This document shows positions 48,026 through 60,346 of a DNA stretch of 64,000 nucleotides, piece by piece; positions within the stretch are counted from its first letter, which is position 1; every line of letters begins with the position of its first letter. The translations under genes were made by a program, and so were the position numbers. Origin of the DNA: Mobula hypostoma (taxonomy: Eukaryota). Below the pieces are notes generated by a model. The model saw only the letters and a program-made list of their open reading frames with translations, had not been told where the DNA came from and searched no databases. The DNA lies in NCBI RefSeq assembly GCF_963921235.1, contig NC_086097.1:127598001-127662000 (forward strand), given 5' to 3'.

Positions 48026-48055
48026 CAACTTCTCCTCTGAAAGAAAACTTAACTC

Positions 48056-48940
48056 TGTGCAACATTGTTGGGGCTTCTGTCTAAGACATCAATTGTGTAA
48101 ATAAGAAGTACAGATGAAAACCAAAATAAAAACGTAGGGAATTTGATAACAGGGATGGTCCTCTGTCAAGTATCATATCAGGATTTGGGGAGAATACTCC
48201 ACGGCCTAGGAAGAAATATTGGAAACCACAGAACAAAGGGGCACAGCAAAGAAAGATTATGTAATCGACACCTGGGTGGTCTCAATTGAGACAACTTGAC
48301 TGCCCTGTGGACTATCCCATTGAAAACATCTCACTGTATGTTAGCCTGAAGACAGTTCAAGCAGCTAGGGGTACTTGGGATCTGACATTCTTGTGGAAAG
48401 TGCTATTTGATAGATTGCAAATCAAAAATAAACAGCCTTGTAATTTAGGAACTAAATTGTAAATATAATTATAAGATGGTAGCAGCAGAACTATGAAGTT
48501 AAGGGAAAATATGCTCATATGAATAAGGATTGGAGTTAAGGTTGTGTAAAGACCATAAAGAACTAAACAACGTTCGGGAATTACGTGAAGAAATGTACGA
48601 AAAATTGTCTTACAAGATAACTATCAGCAGTGAATCACGAGATCAACCAGGGGAAAAAAGTCCCTGGATGAGGAACTCAAAGAACTTGCTAAGATTGAAC
48701 CCTGGCCAGGTTCATCAAAGTGTGGATAACATCCAAATAAAAGTGATGAGTTTTAGAAGTCGTGAAAGTAAACTAGAATTGAACAAGTAATTAAAGGAGT
48801 TGCAAAACTAAGGAAGTAAGTGTTTAAAACTATGTGGTGAACCTTTGAGTCATTTGGATCAATCGCGATTAATAAAGTAATCTAGTCACTTGGCAATTTT
48901 ACTGGTGTGTTTTATTGTGTTTGGTACTTAATTATTAACA
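48056..48940 (+). mobile_element. Candidate solo LTR (~885 bp)
   Basis: TG...TTAACA termini with ACTC/GCTC flanks. AATAAA at 48871, followed by a GT-rich U5-like segment. The left end is uncertain. Confidence 0.4.
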
Positions 48941-50383
48941 GCTCACCATTCAGTGTTTAGATAAAATACTTTACTTTCTGGAACTCAGTGCCATCACTTG
49001 CCAGGCATTAAATTATTCACTCCTCTGTTTTATATCTGTCCTGTTAAACAGGTGCCAAACCAGGAAGGGCTAAGATCAGGTCTGAATCACCCAACTCCCT
49101 TAGATAATCATGTTTTGAAAAGTTACACCCCAGCATTGTTGAGTTTTCGCTCCCTATGCAGCCAGAAAAAAAGAGCACTTATTTAAAGTGCCACAGTGCA
49201 GTAGCAGATGCCACACACACCTTGCCCACCCCATCCCTGGAAGGTATAGGGTGTACATTTTTTAAGCCAGCTCTAAAATAATGTGGACACCATTCCATCA
49301 CAGATTGTTCCTCTGTAAGCTCGAATGCTTATCATTCCAGTTATCTCCACAAAGCAAGCTGCAACGGAGAGAGATGCATTTAGAATTTAGATGATACAAT
49401 ATTCCTTAGCTAGAGAAATTCATAATTTACGGCACACTGATCTCATTTATTCCTGAGCCCGCCTCAGTCACGTATGCTGCAGAAAGTTCACAACGTCAAG
49501 TGACATTGTTAAGAAATAAAGTTTATCATCATTATCAGAATGAAGTCATTTGCCAGCTTTGACACACATTTAAGCATATCAAGCACCTGCCCAGCTATTT
49601 GATTTGCCTGGTTACAGAGACACATTAGTCTTTGTTCAACTTTACAGCCATTATACTGAAGTCTAATGTTTCCTTTTCCATAAATCATAAATTATGAGCT
49701 ACTGGTAGCAGCCAAAGCAGGAATAATCATTAGCCAACGCTGCCTACAGCACTAAGCCCTGTGTTCTAGAAGAGAAAAAAAATGGTCACGCTTCTGTGAA
49801 ACCAGTAATGATGTTTAATATAACAATGGGTTGCTCAATGAGGCTGACAGCAACCAACTCAACTGTGTGACAAAGCGAGCTCTGTGTACACTGCTCACTC
49901 CATAACACATCCTTCACCCTTCAGGTAGTCGGCGAGAAATAAGACCAAGGCAAGGTGCTGACTGACCTGACCAAACTTTTTTTTGTTACTCCACCTTCCT
50001 TCACCTCCCTTTACCGATGTGTTAGGTTTCAAACCGGCCTTTCCAAACAGAGCTGTCATTAAAGGAGGTGGACTCACTCCTCCAAAGGTGCAGTGCGGTT
50101 GAGGTAAAACAGTCATTGTTCAAACACCTTGCTGATGCAAAGTTGTGTTTGGCCTGGCCTGTGAGACTATTTTGTTTTGGCTGCTGTTGCTGATTAAACC
50201 CATGAATTAATAGTGTTGCCACAATATAAAACATCTTAAAGGAACTAAACTTGAAGATAATAATGTTAAGTCAGCCACTTGTATGAAGAGAGAACACAGT
50301 CCATCATGCTTACAGACTGATTGCAACTTGCTATCTCCTATGTGCTAATGATGCAATCCTATGGGAGTGTTGCAGTCAAAGGT

Positions 50384-50384
<1 letters not shown>

Positions 50385-50445
<61 letters not shown>

Positions 50446-51041
50446 GGAAGAGAGAGAGGGGGAGGGGGCATAACTATGATTTTTGTAATAATGAGAGAGG
50501 AATAGAGAGAAAGAGAGGAGAAAGATAGAGAGGGTGAGTGAGAGAGAGAGTGCTGAAACTACTTCTGACTTTTGTAAGGACGAGAGACGAGGGGAGAGAG
50601 AGGTGGGGGAGAGACAGAAGGGGGGGAGAGACGGAGGGGGAGAGAGAGAGCAGGAAGGGAGAGAGAGAGAGGGGGGCATAACTACTTCTGACTTTTGTAA
50701 GAATGAGAGAGGGATAGAGAGAAAGAGAGGGGAAAGATAGAGAGAGAGTGGTGAAACTACTTCTGACTTGTAAGAACGAGACAGAGGGAGAGAGAGAAAG
50801 GGAGAGAGAGTGAGAGAGAGGGGAGAAGGAGAGAGAAGGAAGAAACTAGTTCTGTCTTTTTTAGGAATTAGAAAGAGAGAGAGAGAAGAGAGAGAGAGAT
50901 AGAGAGAGAGGGGAAACTAGTTCAGCCTTTTATAGGAATGAGGGAGAGTGGGGAGAGAGAGCAAGAAGGAGAGGGGGGGAGAGACAGGGACAGAGAAGGA
51001 GAAAGAGAGAGAGAAAACTAATTCTGTCTTTTGTAGGAACA
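50385..51041. repeat. GA-rich polypurine array with seven interspersed ~27-bp repeats
   Basis: (GA)n tracts separated by AACTACTTCTGACTTTTGTAAGAA-like units at 50472, 50556, 50680, 50754, 50843, 50914 and 51015. Confidence 0.85.
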
Positions 51042-51399
51042 AGTGTTTGTAGTGCTGTGTCAAAGCATCTGAGCTTTGAATTTAATAACTGATGGAAGCT
51101 TGTTTGCATGTAGTGGATCCAAAACCCCTGTGAATTAATGAAGTGACAAACTGTATAAACAATCCCAAGGAAGTATTTTTGAAAGGAGCGGGTGAGCATC
51201 CTGGTCATTATTTATGCCTCAACCAACAGCACTGAAGCTTGTTTGCCTCTTTGACTGCAGATTGGCTGCTATGTTTTTTACATTGTATTAGTGACCGCAC
51301 ACTGGAGAGCATCTTAGGATGTCTTACTATTGAGATGGTTTCTGTTCCTGCATGATTTTTTTTCATACAAGAGCTACCCGCTGATTCAGAAACTATTAT

Positions 51400-51900
51400 G
51401 TATTGTCACCAGAGAGAGGATTGAGAAACAATGATCTTACATTTTGATTTTACCACAAAGCTAAAGTGTTCTATTTTTCAATTCACAGAATCTGGGATAT
51501 TTTTAGCATTGTGCACAGAGTCAGTGATGCAAGATGCTGGATCCAGCCATTACAAACTGATAATACTAGGTGGAATGTAGGTGAGACTGTCTTCCATTTG
51601 GGTTGATAGAGGATAACTGCATTGAATTACAGTCTACAAGTTGAAGGATTAATTTTACTGTATGGTCTCATGTTTTACATGAGAAGGAGTGATGTGTTCT
51701 TTTTTCCCTAGAAGGCAAAGTCTATTTCTGTCAAAGTCCTTTATTGAGACCATGAGCAAAAAAAATGCAGATATCTTCAAGATAAATCTTATAACCTCAA
51801 CTCCGCAGTAGCTAGATTTCTTTAAATCCATCTTCTTAGATTTAATTAGTATTTCTTCCTTTGTAATGGCTTCATTTGATACTTCAATAGGATTAGTGTA
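51400..51900 (-). mobile_element. Very old LINE RT remnant (CR1/L2 group)
   Basis: ITKEEILIKSKKMDLKKSSYCG...RFILKISA resembles the pre-RT I..EV...L..L...KS.GPDG segment. Confidence 0.35.
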
Positions 51901-52998
51901 AACCTTTGGTCCCATGAATGTGCATGTCTGTTAGGAAATTGTAAGGTTATATCTGCATGCAGAGGAGAGCCAGATGGAAATTGTCTACCAGTCACAAGTC
52001 AGTCAGTGCATACCTATTATACAGCAATAACATTTCCTTTGGGACTATATTTATGAAGAAAAGGCCAATAATACATTATTGATTTCAATTTAACAAGTGG
52101 TGAAATGATTATACACATATAACTGTTAAACCCACTAACTGATAAGGTTGAATTAAAAGAAAACTATTATAGCCAGTATAAATGTGAATATTCCAAGAAA
52201 ATCTCATAGCCACATAGATTGTTTATATATTCATCAATGCTTCAGAACATTCAGTGTAATGGATCTAATGCATTTTCCCTAACTGAAGGCAAATTCAAAA
52301 AAAAATCCCATTACTACTCTCTGGATGATTTTACTTTGTCAATTACATTAAAAGATAAGCCATCTTTTTTCTCTCAGGGAAGTGGAGCTGGATTGCCATG
52401 TTGTCAACAGGTGCTCTCTTCTCACGTTCAGTAGTATTCTCGTTGCCACCATGTTCAGAAAAGATTGTCAGAAATTCAAGGATGATGCGCTCAAGTCTTG
52501 CTTGAAGACAAGGTTCTTACTTTTGTCTCCTTGTTACTAATGTGTTGCGTCCTTGAAGTGAGTCGGGGGCAAGTGTAGAACCTACATTGTTGTTGATCTG
52601 CATGGGTCAATGTGAAAAGCAAAGAAGACAGGATTTCATTTTTAACAATTCCATTGCTTTTGCCCTTACTGTTGTATTTGTTGTTGTACTTACCATGGCC
52701 TTGCATACTTCGTGAGCTTCATTGAGTGAGGTAATTCATTGCACCTGGGTGACAATAGACTAATCTGAATTCTGCAGCCTATAAAGTAATTGTCAAAGTC
52801 AGATCATTATTGTGATGTGGGATACACAACAGCCAATTTGCATGTGGTAAGCTCCCACTGACCACAATGTGCTCAAGATGAGTAGAACTACTTTATAATA
52901 GTTTCCAAGATTTTCTTGGAATATTGACTGAAGGATAAATATTGGCAAATAGCATCACAGATAACTCCCTGTACTTATTTTCATTAATGCTGTCCAGG

Positions 52999-53338
52999 CC
53001 ATAAGACCATAAGACATAGGAACAGAATTAGGCCATCCAGCTCTGCCATTCCATCAAATGGCTGATCCCGGCTACCACTCAACCCCACACACCAGCCTGT
53101 GATGCCCTGACCAATCAGGCAATGAGTAACTTCCATCTAAAACATACACATGGACTTGGCCTCCACCGCATTCTGTGGCAGATCATTCCACAGATTTATT
53201 GCTCTCCAGTGAAAGAAAATTCCTCCTTACCTCTGTTCCAAAAGGTTGTCCCTAAATTTTGAGGCTGTGTCCTCTAGTTCTGGATACCCCCACTATTGGA
53301 AGCATCCTCTGCACATCCACCCTATCTAGTCTATCAAA
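52999..53338 (-). mobile_element. CR1 3' fragment
   Basis: CCATAAGACCATAAGACATAGG is the reverse of the CR1 tail. Body homologous to 60000-60346. Confidence 0.8.
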
Positions 53339-53344
53339 TGAGAG

Positions 53345-53788
53345 CAGAATGAATAGATGAGGTTTTTAATGCCTCTGGGCCTGTACTTGCTGGAGTTTAA
53401 AGAATGAGGGGAGATCACAATGAAACCTATCGAATATTGAAAGATCTGGATGGAGTGAACGTGGTGGATGTTTTCTATACTGGGAGAGTCTAGAACTGTA
53501 GGGCATAGCCTTAGAATATAAGGATGTCCCTTTAATACAGGGATGAGGAGGAATTTCTTTAGTCAAAGGGTGCTGAATCTCTGGAATTCATTGCCTCAGA
53601 CAACTGTGGAGGTCAAGTCATTGGGTATATGTAAAACAGCGGTTGATAGGTAAGGATGTCAAAGGTTATGGGGAGAAGGTGGGAGAATGGGGCCGAGAGG
53701 GATAATACATCAGCCATGATGGAATGGCAGAGCAGACTCAATGGGCTGAATGGCCTATTTCTGCTCCTATGTCTTATAGTCTTATGGA
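53345..53788 (+). mobile_element. CR1 3' fragment
   Basis: LGLYLLEF.RM.G-like coding end and tail TCTTATAGTCTTATGG. Confidence 0.8.
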
Positions 53789-54404
53789 CTTTAGAAGAAT
53801 GAGCATTAACCTCAGTGGAATATACAAGATTTTTACACATTTGAAGAGGGGAGATATGGGAAGGATACTCCCCTGGCTGAGGAGTCCAGAATTAGGGTCA
53901 CATATTCTCAGGGGTGAAGCTGCAGTCAATGACTACATTCAAAATGGAGATCAATGTGCTTTTGGATATGAAAGGAATGAGTCTACACATCAAGTTACCT
54001 CAGGAAATCAGACAGCATAATCCGAGACACCAAATTTCCCAACTCTTCTTTTCCGTTGGGCAGAAGATACAAAAAAATGAAAGCACAAACTATCAAACTC
54101 AAGGGCAGCTTCTTTTCCACTGTTATCAAGTGGACCTTCATACACTGAAAGGTAAACACTTAATCTCCCAACCTCCCTCACTGTGGCTTTGTACTTCATT
54201 TGTTTACCTACACTGCACTTTCTCCGTAGCTATAACATTATTTTCTGTATTTTGTTTTTCTTTTTACTATCTCAGTGTAATTATGTATAGAATAACCTGT
54301 TTTCATAGCATGCAAAACAAAAGCCTTTCACTGTATCTCAGTACATGTGATAATAATCAACCAACAGTAATACATAATTACTGATGTCCCCGTTGTAATG
54401 TGAA

Positions 54405-54905
54405 AAGGGTCTTCTCCTCTTGTGCCAAGATGAGGCCACCCTCAGGGTAGAGGAGCAATACCTTATATTCTCTCTTGGTACCCACCAATCTGATAGCATG
54501 ATTATTGATTTATACTTTCGGTAAACTAGTTCCACGCCCTCCTCCTCTAATCCCCACTCTGACCTTTTACTTCCTCTCACCTGCCTATTACTTCTCCCTG
54601 AGTCCCCTCCTGCTTCCCTTTCTCCTATGGCCCACTCTCCTCTCCTGTCAGATTCTTTCTTCTCCAGTCCTTTACCTTTTCCACTCACCTGGCTTCACCT
54701 TCCAGCTAGCCTCTTTCCTCTCCCCCCCAACACCTTTTTATTCTGGCAGTTTATCCCTTCCTTCTCAGTCTTGAAGAAGGGTCTCAGCCCGAAACGTTGA
54801 CGGCTTATTCATTTCCATAGATGCTGCCTGTCCTGCTGAGTTCCTCCAGTGTTTTGTGTGTGTTGCTCTGGATTTCCAACATCTGCAGACTTTCTCATGT
54901 TTGTG
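54405..54905 (+). mobile_element. Penelope-like 3' fragment (GIY-YIG end + pseudo-LTR)
   Basis: CQDEATLRVEEQYLIFSLGTHQSDSMIID, then a pyrimidine tract, a hammerhead motif and the TAGATGCTGCCTG..CCTGCTGAGTTCCTCCAG tail. Confidence 0.85.
54766..54803 (+). ncRNA. Minimal hammerhead motif (C3 to U substitution)
   Basis: CAGUC-UUGAAGA-A-GGG(UCUCAG)CCC-GAAA-CG-UU-GACGG. Confidence 0.65.
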
Positions 54906-55220
54906 ATCTGAAAATAAGTTGTGCACTGGCCAGAGCCATTTTGACATGGACATCCTAAGTAAGGCCTGTCATATTGGATAAACAATATAAAAATATATGA
55001 TGCTACTTATTCTAGCGATACACCAATGCTGAAAATAAAGCTTCTTACATCTATGGACTTACTAAATTTCATATCCTAGTACGTATAAAGGGTTAGCAGG
55101 TGTCCAACAAATAAGAAATAAGAGTGCACATATATATCACCTTACTCATCCTCCAGATGTTTCAAATTTCCTTCAAGCCAATTAAGTATCTAAGTACTAG
55201 TATTAGAAACAGAATTAGGT

Positions 55221-55550
55221 GGGCCAGCTGGTGGCACAATGACATCAGCACCAGACTCTGGAACGTTGGTTCCCGGGTTCGAAACCAGTTGGATCCACTC
55301 CTATCAGTGAGCTTACCATCCGTGCCAGGTTGAGTGTCGAGATCGCAACTCGACCTCGTAAAATAAAAGGGAAAAATACTGCGAAATGTCTGTGTGAGGA
55401 GAGGCGGGTCACACAGTCTCTCTCTCTCGCTCCGCGCCTTGTAAAGGCATGAAAAAGACATCGTCCTACCAACGTCACACAAGCATGGATGCACGCACGC
55501 ACACACGCACACACGCACACGCAGACGCACACACACACGCCAAAAAAAAA
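55221..55550 (+). mobile_element. tRNA-derived SINE with poly(A) tail and 16-bp TSD
   Basis: A-box TGGCACAATGA, B-box GGTTCGAAACC, (CA/CG)n then an A-tail. TSD AGAAACAGAAT(T/C)AGGT at 55205-55220 / 55551-55566. Confidence 0.85.
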
Positions 55551-56060
55551 AGAAACAGAATCAGGTTTCATATCACTGGCATATGTCATGAAATTTGTTA
55601 TTATGTGGCAGCAGTACATTGCAATGCATAATAATAAGAACTATAAATTATAGTGAGAAATATATATATTTATATTAAAAAGTTGATTTAAGTAAGTAGT
55701 GTAAAAAGGGAAAGAAAAAGTCGTGAGGTAGTGTTCATGGGTTCAATGTCCATTCAGAAATCGAATGGCAGAGGGGAAGAGGCTGTTTCTGAATCACTGG
55801 TTATGTGCCCCCAGGCTTATGTACCTCCTACCTGATTGGAGCAATGACAACAAAGCATGACCTGGGTGATGGGGGTCTTTAATAATGGATGCTGCCTTTT
55901 TTGAGGCATCACTCTTTGAAGGTGTCCTGGATGCTGAGGAGGCAAATGCCCATGATCGAGCTGACTGAGCTTACAACTTTCTGCAGCTTATTTCAATCCT
56001 GTGCAGTGCTCCCCCACATCAAACGATGATGCAGCCAGTTAGAATGCATCTGTAGAAATC
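55551..56060 (-). mobile_element. Rex1/Babar 3' fragment
   Basis: Reverse of the ...AAACCTGATTCTG tail. Reverse-strand coding remnant of ILTGCIIV and the PSGRRY region. Confidence 0.75.
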
Positions 56061-56419
56061 TGTAGCATTGTCAACAGAAGAAATTAGTGTAAAGTATGCT
56101 CTCACAGATGAGCAGATGATCCGCTCTGCAGTAAAGTTACTTTGGATAAGACAATATAAAGAGAGAGAGAGTTCACTGGCTCTTTGACTGGTCGCACCTG
56201 ATGTTGTACATCCACCTGAAAAGGCAGGCTGTTTGAGCCGGCCATCTGAAACATCAGCCCAAACATCTGGAGTGGAAACTGAACCCACAACCCGCAACAG
56301 CTTTGACCAGTGGCCAATCCAGACATTGGAAATTTTGAGAGGAGGTGACTTCAATCACGCCTGCTGCCCGAGTACAGAAGGAGACAGCGGGTCGCTACAG
56401 CGATAAAGAGCTTTGACCT

Positions 56420-59400
56420 GCGACTAATTGGCGTTTGGGATTGATAAGCAAGTGCAAATTAAGAGAGGGCAGTGGCCATTGTTGCAGCGGCCATCATCTG
56501 AGTGGGCAGAGTCAGAGTGGTGATCTTATTGCTTTAGCCCATTGAGGCTTCAACGAAGGGAGGCTTCAGTCAGAGAAAGCAAAAGAAAAGAAATGATCTG
56601 GCGTTTTCCTTCCCTTCTTTATATCTGCTCAGCTAGGACAGTAGAGATGCCAGGCAGGATAGTTGAATGCTCATAGTGTGGGATGTGGGAAGGCAGGGAG
56701 ACCTCCAGTGTCCCTGATGACTACAACTATGAGAATTGTATCCAACTGCAGCTTCTAACAATGCATGCTAAGGAGTTGGAGCTGGAACTGGATGAACTCT
56801 GGATCATTCGGAAGGCTGTAGGGGTGATAGATAGGACATATAGAGAGGTAGTTACACTCAAGGTGCAGCAAACAGGAAACTGGGTGACAGTCAGGAAGGG
56901 GAAAGGAGTTAAGGAGCCAGTGCAGAGTACCCCTGTGGCCAACCCCCCTCAACAAGAGGTATATCACTTTGGATACAGTAGGGAAGGATGACCTAACAGA
57001 GGAAAGTCACAGTAGTTAGGTTTCTGGCACTGAGTCTGCCTCTGTGACTCAGAAGGGAAGGGGAGAAGAGGCACATTGTGGTGATAAGAGATTCATAAGT
57101 CAGGAGAATGGATAAGAGGTTCTGTAGGTGAGAACGAGATTCCTGGATGGTATGTTGCCTTCCGGGTGACAGGGTTTGGGATGCCGCCGATCAAGTCTTC
57201 AGCCTTCTTAAGTGGGAGGGTGAACAGCCAGATGGCATGGTCCGTGTAGGTACCAATGACATGGGTAGGATGAGTGACAAGGTTCTGCATAGGGAGTTCA
57301 GGGAGTTAGGTGCTAAGTTAAAGGGCAGGACCTCTAAGGTTGTGATCTCAAGAATGCTACCTGTGCCATGTGCTAGCGAGGCCAGAACTACGAAGATTTA
57401 TACATTTTAATATGTGGCTAAGCAGTTGGTGTAGGAGGGAGAGCATAAGATTTTTGGATCATTAGACTCTCTTCCAGGAAAGGGGGGAGCTGTACAGAAG
57501 GGATGGTTTGCACCTGAACTGGAGGGGGACTCATATCCTAACGGGAAGGTTTGTTAATGCTGCATGGTAGGGTTTAATCTAGAGTTGCAGGGGATGGGAG
57601 CCTGAGTGCCAGAGTAGTTAGTGGAGAAGTTGTCGAGGCAGATGTTGGAAAATTTCAGACAAATTTAGAAATCAAATGATTGACCATGGTGCGACTAGTG
57701 TCCTGAGCTGAGTATATTTCAATGCAAGAAGTATCATAGGAAATGAGGATAATGGTGTTGAAGATGAGGTAACTGGTTGACAAACAGAGGCAATGTGTAG
57801 TGAGGAGAGGCTGTTGATAGGGCAAAATTGCAATCAATATGATGAGTTGCAATGGAGAAGGTGTACAAAAACAAAAAGGGTGAATATTGGACTGAAGCAT
57901 TTGTATTTGAATGTGCACAGTATATGGAATAAGGTAGATGAACTTGCAGCACAGTTGCAGATTGGCAGGCATGATGTTGTAGGCATCACTGAATCGCGGC
58001 AGAAAGAAGATTATAATTGGAATTTAGTGTCCTAGGATACACATTGTATCAAAAGGACAGGCAGGAAGACAGAGGGGGCAGCATGTCTCTGTTGGTAAAA
58101 ATTGAAATCAAATCATTTGATAGAGGTGACATGGAGTCGAAAGGCGTTAAGTAGCTGTGGATAGAGCTAAGGAGCTGCAAGGGTAAAAAGACCCTGATGG
58201 GAGTTGTATACAGACCCCAAACAGTAGTAAGGATGTGGCCTACAAATTACAACAGGAGATAGAAAATGGCCAAAGGAGCAATGTTACAATTGTCGTGGGG
58301 GATTTCAATGTGCAGATAGATTAGGAAAATCAGATTGGTGCTGGATTCCAGCATGGGGAGCTTCCAGAGTGCCTACAAAATGGATTTTTAGAGTAGCTCG
58401 TGGTTGAATCCATTAGGGAATCAGCTATTCTGGTTTGGGTGTTGTGTCATCAACCAGAATCGATAAGGTAGCTTGAAGTAAAATGAAATATCAGGGAAAA
58501 GTGATCATAATATGATCAAATTCACCCTGAAATTTGAGAATGAGAAGATAAAGTCAGATGTATTGGTATTACAGTGGGATAAAGGGAACTACAGAGGTAT
58601 GAGACAGGAATTGGCCGGAATTGATTGGAAAAGAACACTGGAAGGGCTGCTGGCAGAACAGCCATAATTTCTGGAAGCAATTCTGAAGGCACAGGATATG
58701 TACATCCCAAAGAGAAAGAAGTATTCTAAAGGAAAGATGACACAACGATGCCTAACAAGAGAAGCAAAGCCAACATAAAAGCAAAATACAGGGCATATAA
58801 CAGAGCACAGATTAATGGGAAGTTAGAGGATTGGGAGGCTTTTAAAAACCAACAGAAGGCAACTAAAAAAGTCATGGAGAAAGTAAAGATAGAATAAGAA
58901 AGTAAGCTAGATGGCTGAAGGGATTGTGGAGGCATTAGTAATGATCCTTCAAGAATTTATAGATTCTGGAGTGGTTCCAGAAGACTGGAAAATTGCAAAC
59001 GTCACTCCACTCTTCAAGAAGGGAGAGAGGCAGAAGAAAGGAAACTATAGGCCAGTTAGTCTGACCTCAGTGGTTGAGAAGAATTTTGGAGTCAATTCTT
59101 AAGGATGAAATCTCAGGATACTTGGAGGCACATGATAAAATAGGCTGTAGTCAGCATGGTTTCCTCCAGGGAAAATCTTGCCTGACAAATCTGTTGGAAC
59201 TCTTTGAAGAAATAGCAAGCAGGGTAGACAAAGGAGAATCAGTAGATGTTGTGTACTTGGATTTTCAGAAGGCCTTTAACAAAGTGCCACACATGAGGTT
59301 GCTTAACAAACTATGAGCCCATGCTATTGGCTGTCTGTGTCTAGTGGTGTTCCACGGGGGTCTGTGTTGAGACCGATTCTTTTTATGTTATATGTCAATG

Positions 59401-60346
59401 ATTTGGATGATGGAATTGATGGCTTTGTTGCAAAGTTTGCAGATGATATGAAGATAGGTAGAGGGGCAGGAGGTTTCTGGAAGTCAAGAGGCTATAGAGG
59501 GACTTAGGAGAATGGACAAAGAAACAGCTGATGGAACATAGTGTTGGGAAGTGTATGGTCCTGCACCTTGGTAGAAGAAAATTAAGGGTTGATTATCTTC
59601 TAAATGCAGAGAAAATACAAAAAACTGAGGTGCAAAAAGACTTTGGAGTCCTTGTACAGGATTCCCTAAAGGTTAATTTGCAGGTTGAGTCTGTGGTAAG
59701 GAAGGCAAATGCAATGTTTGCATTCATTTCAAGAGGACTAGAATAAAAAAGCAAGGATGTAATGTTGAGATTTTATAAAGCACTGGTGAGGCCTCACTTG
59801 GAGTACTGTGAGCAATTTTGGCCCCTTATCTTAGAAAGGATTTGCTGAAACTAGAGAGGGTTTAAAGGAGATTCACGAACGCGATTCCGGGATTGAATGG
59901 CTTATCATATGAAGAGCGTCTGACGGCTGTGGGCCTGTATTCACTGGAATTCAGAAGATTGAGGGGTGACCTTATTGAAACCTATCGAATGGAGAAAGGC
60001 CTTGATAGAGTGGATGTGGAGAGGATGTTTCCTATTGTGGGAGAGTCTAAGACCAGAGGACTCAGCTCAGATTAGAGGGGTGTCCTTTTAGAACTGAGGT
60101 GAGGAGGGATTTCTTTAGCCAGGGAGTAGTGAATCTGTGGAATTCTTTGTCGCAGGCAGCTGTGGAGGCCAAGTCTTTATGTAAGGCAGAGTTTGATTGA
60201 TTCTTGATTGGTCAGAGCATGAAGGGATATGGGGAGAAGGCAGGAGACTGGGTCTGAGAGGAAAGTTGGATCAGCCATGATGAAAGGGTGGAGCAGATGA
60301 TGGGTCAAATGGCCTAATCCTGCTCCTATATCTTATGGTCTTATGG
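56420..60346 (+). mobile_element. Near full-extent, decayed and probably composite CR1 LINE (5' UTR, zinc-finger/esterase ORF1, APE, RT, tail)
   Basis: ORF1 from ATG 56648 (CxxC, ELELELDEL, VGTNDMGR, DGLHLN). APE YLNVHSIWNK/GITES/GDFN/SDHN. RT NYRPVSLTS, DFQKAF and KFADD. Tail TCTTATGGTCTTATGG. Confidence 0.9.

Noticed and set aside
48530..48790. 86-aa charged ORF as a host exon
   Set aside because: No recognisable domain or clear splice context. It lies inside an A-rich candidate LTR.
50359..50740. Ser/Leu-rich and Glu/Arg-rich ORFs
   Set aside because: They are translations of the GA microsatellite.
50472..51041. CRISPR-like repeat-spacer array
   Set aside because: Spacers are low-complexity GA tracts of unequal length and partly duplicated, repeats are degenerate, there are no cas genes, and the context is vertebrate.
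55221..55295. tRNA gene (also 2221-2295 and 19350-19426)
   Set aside because: A and B boxes are present, but I see no convincing cloverleaf. Each continues into a SINE body and tail.
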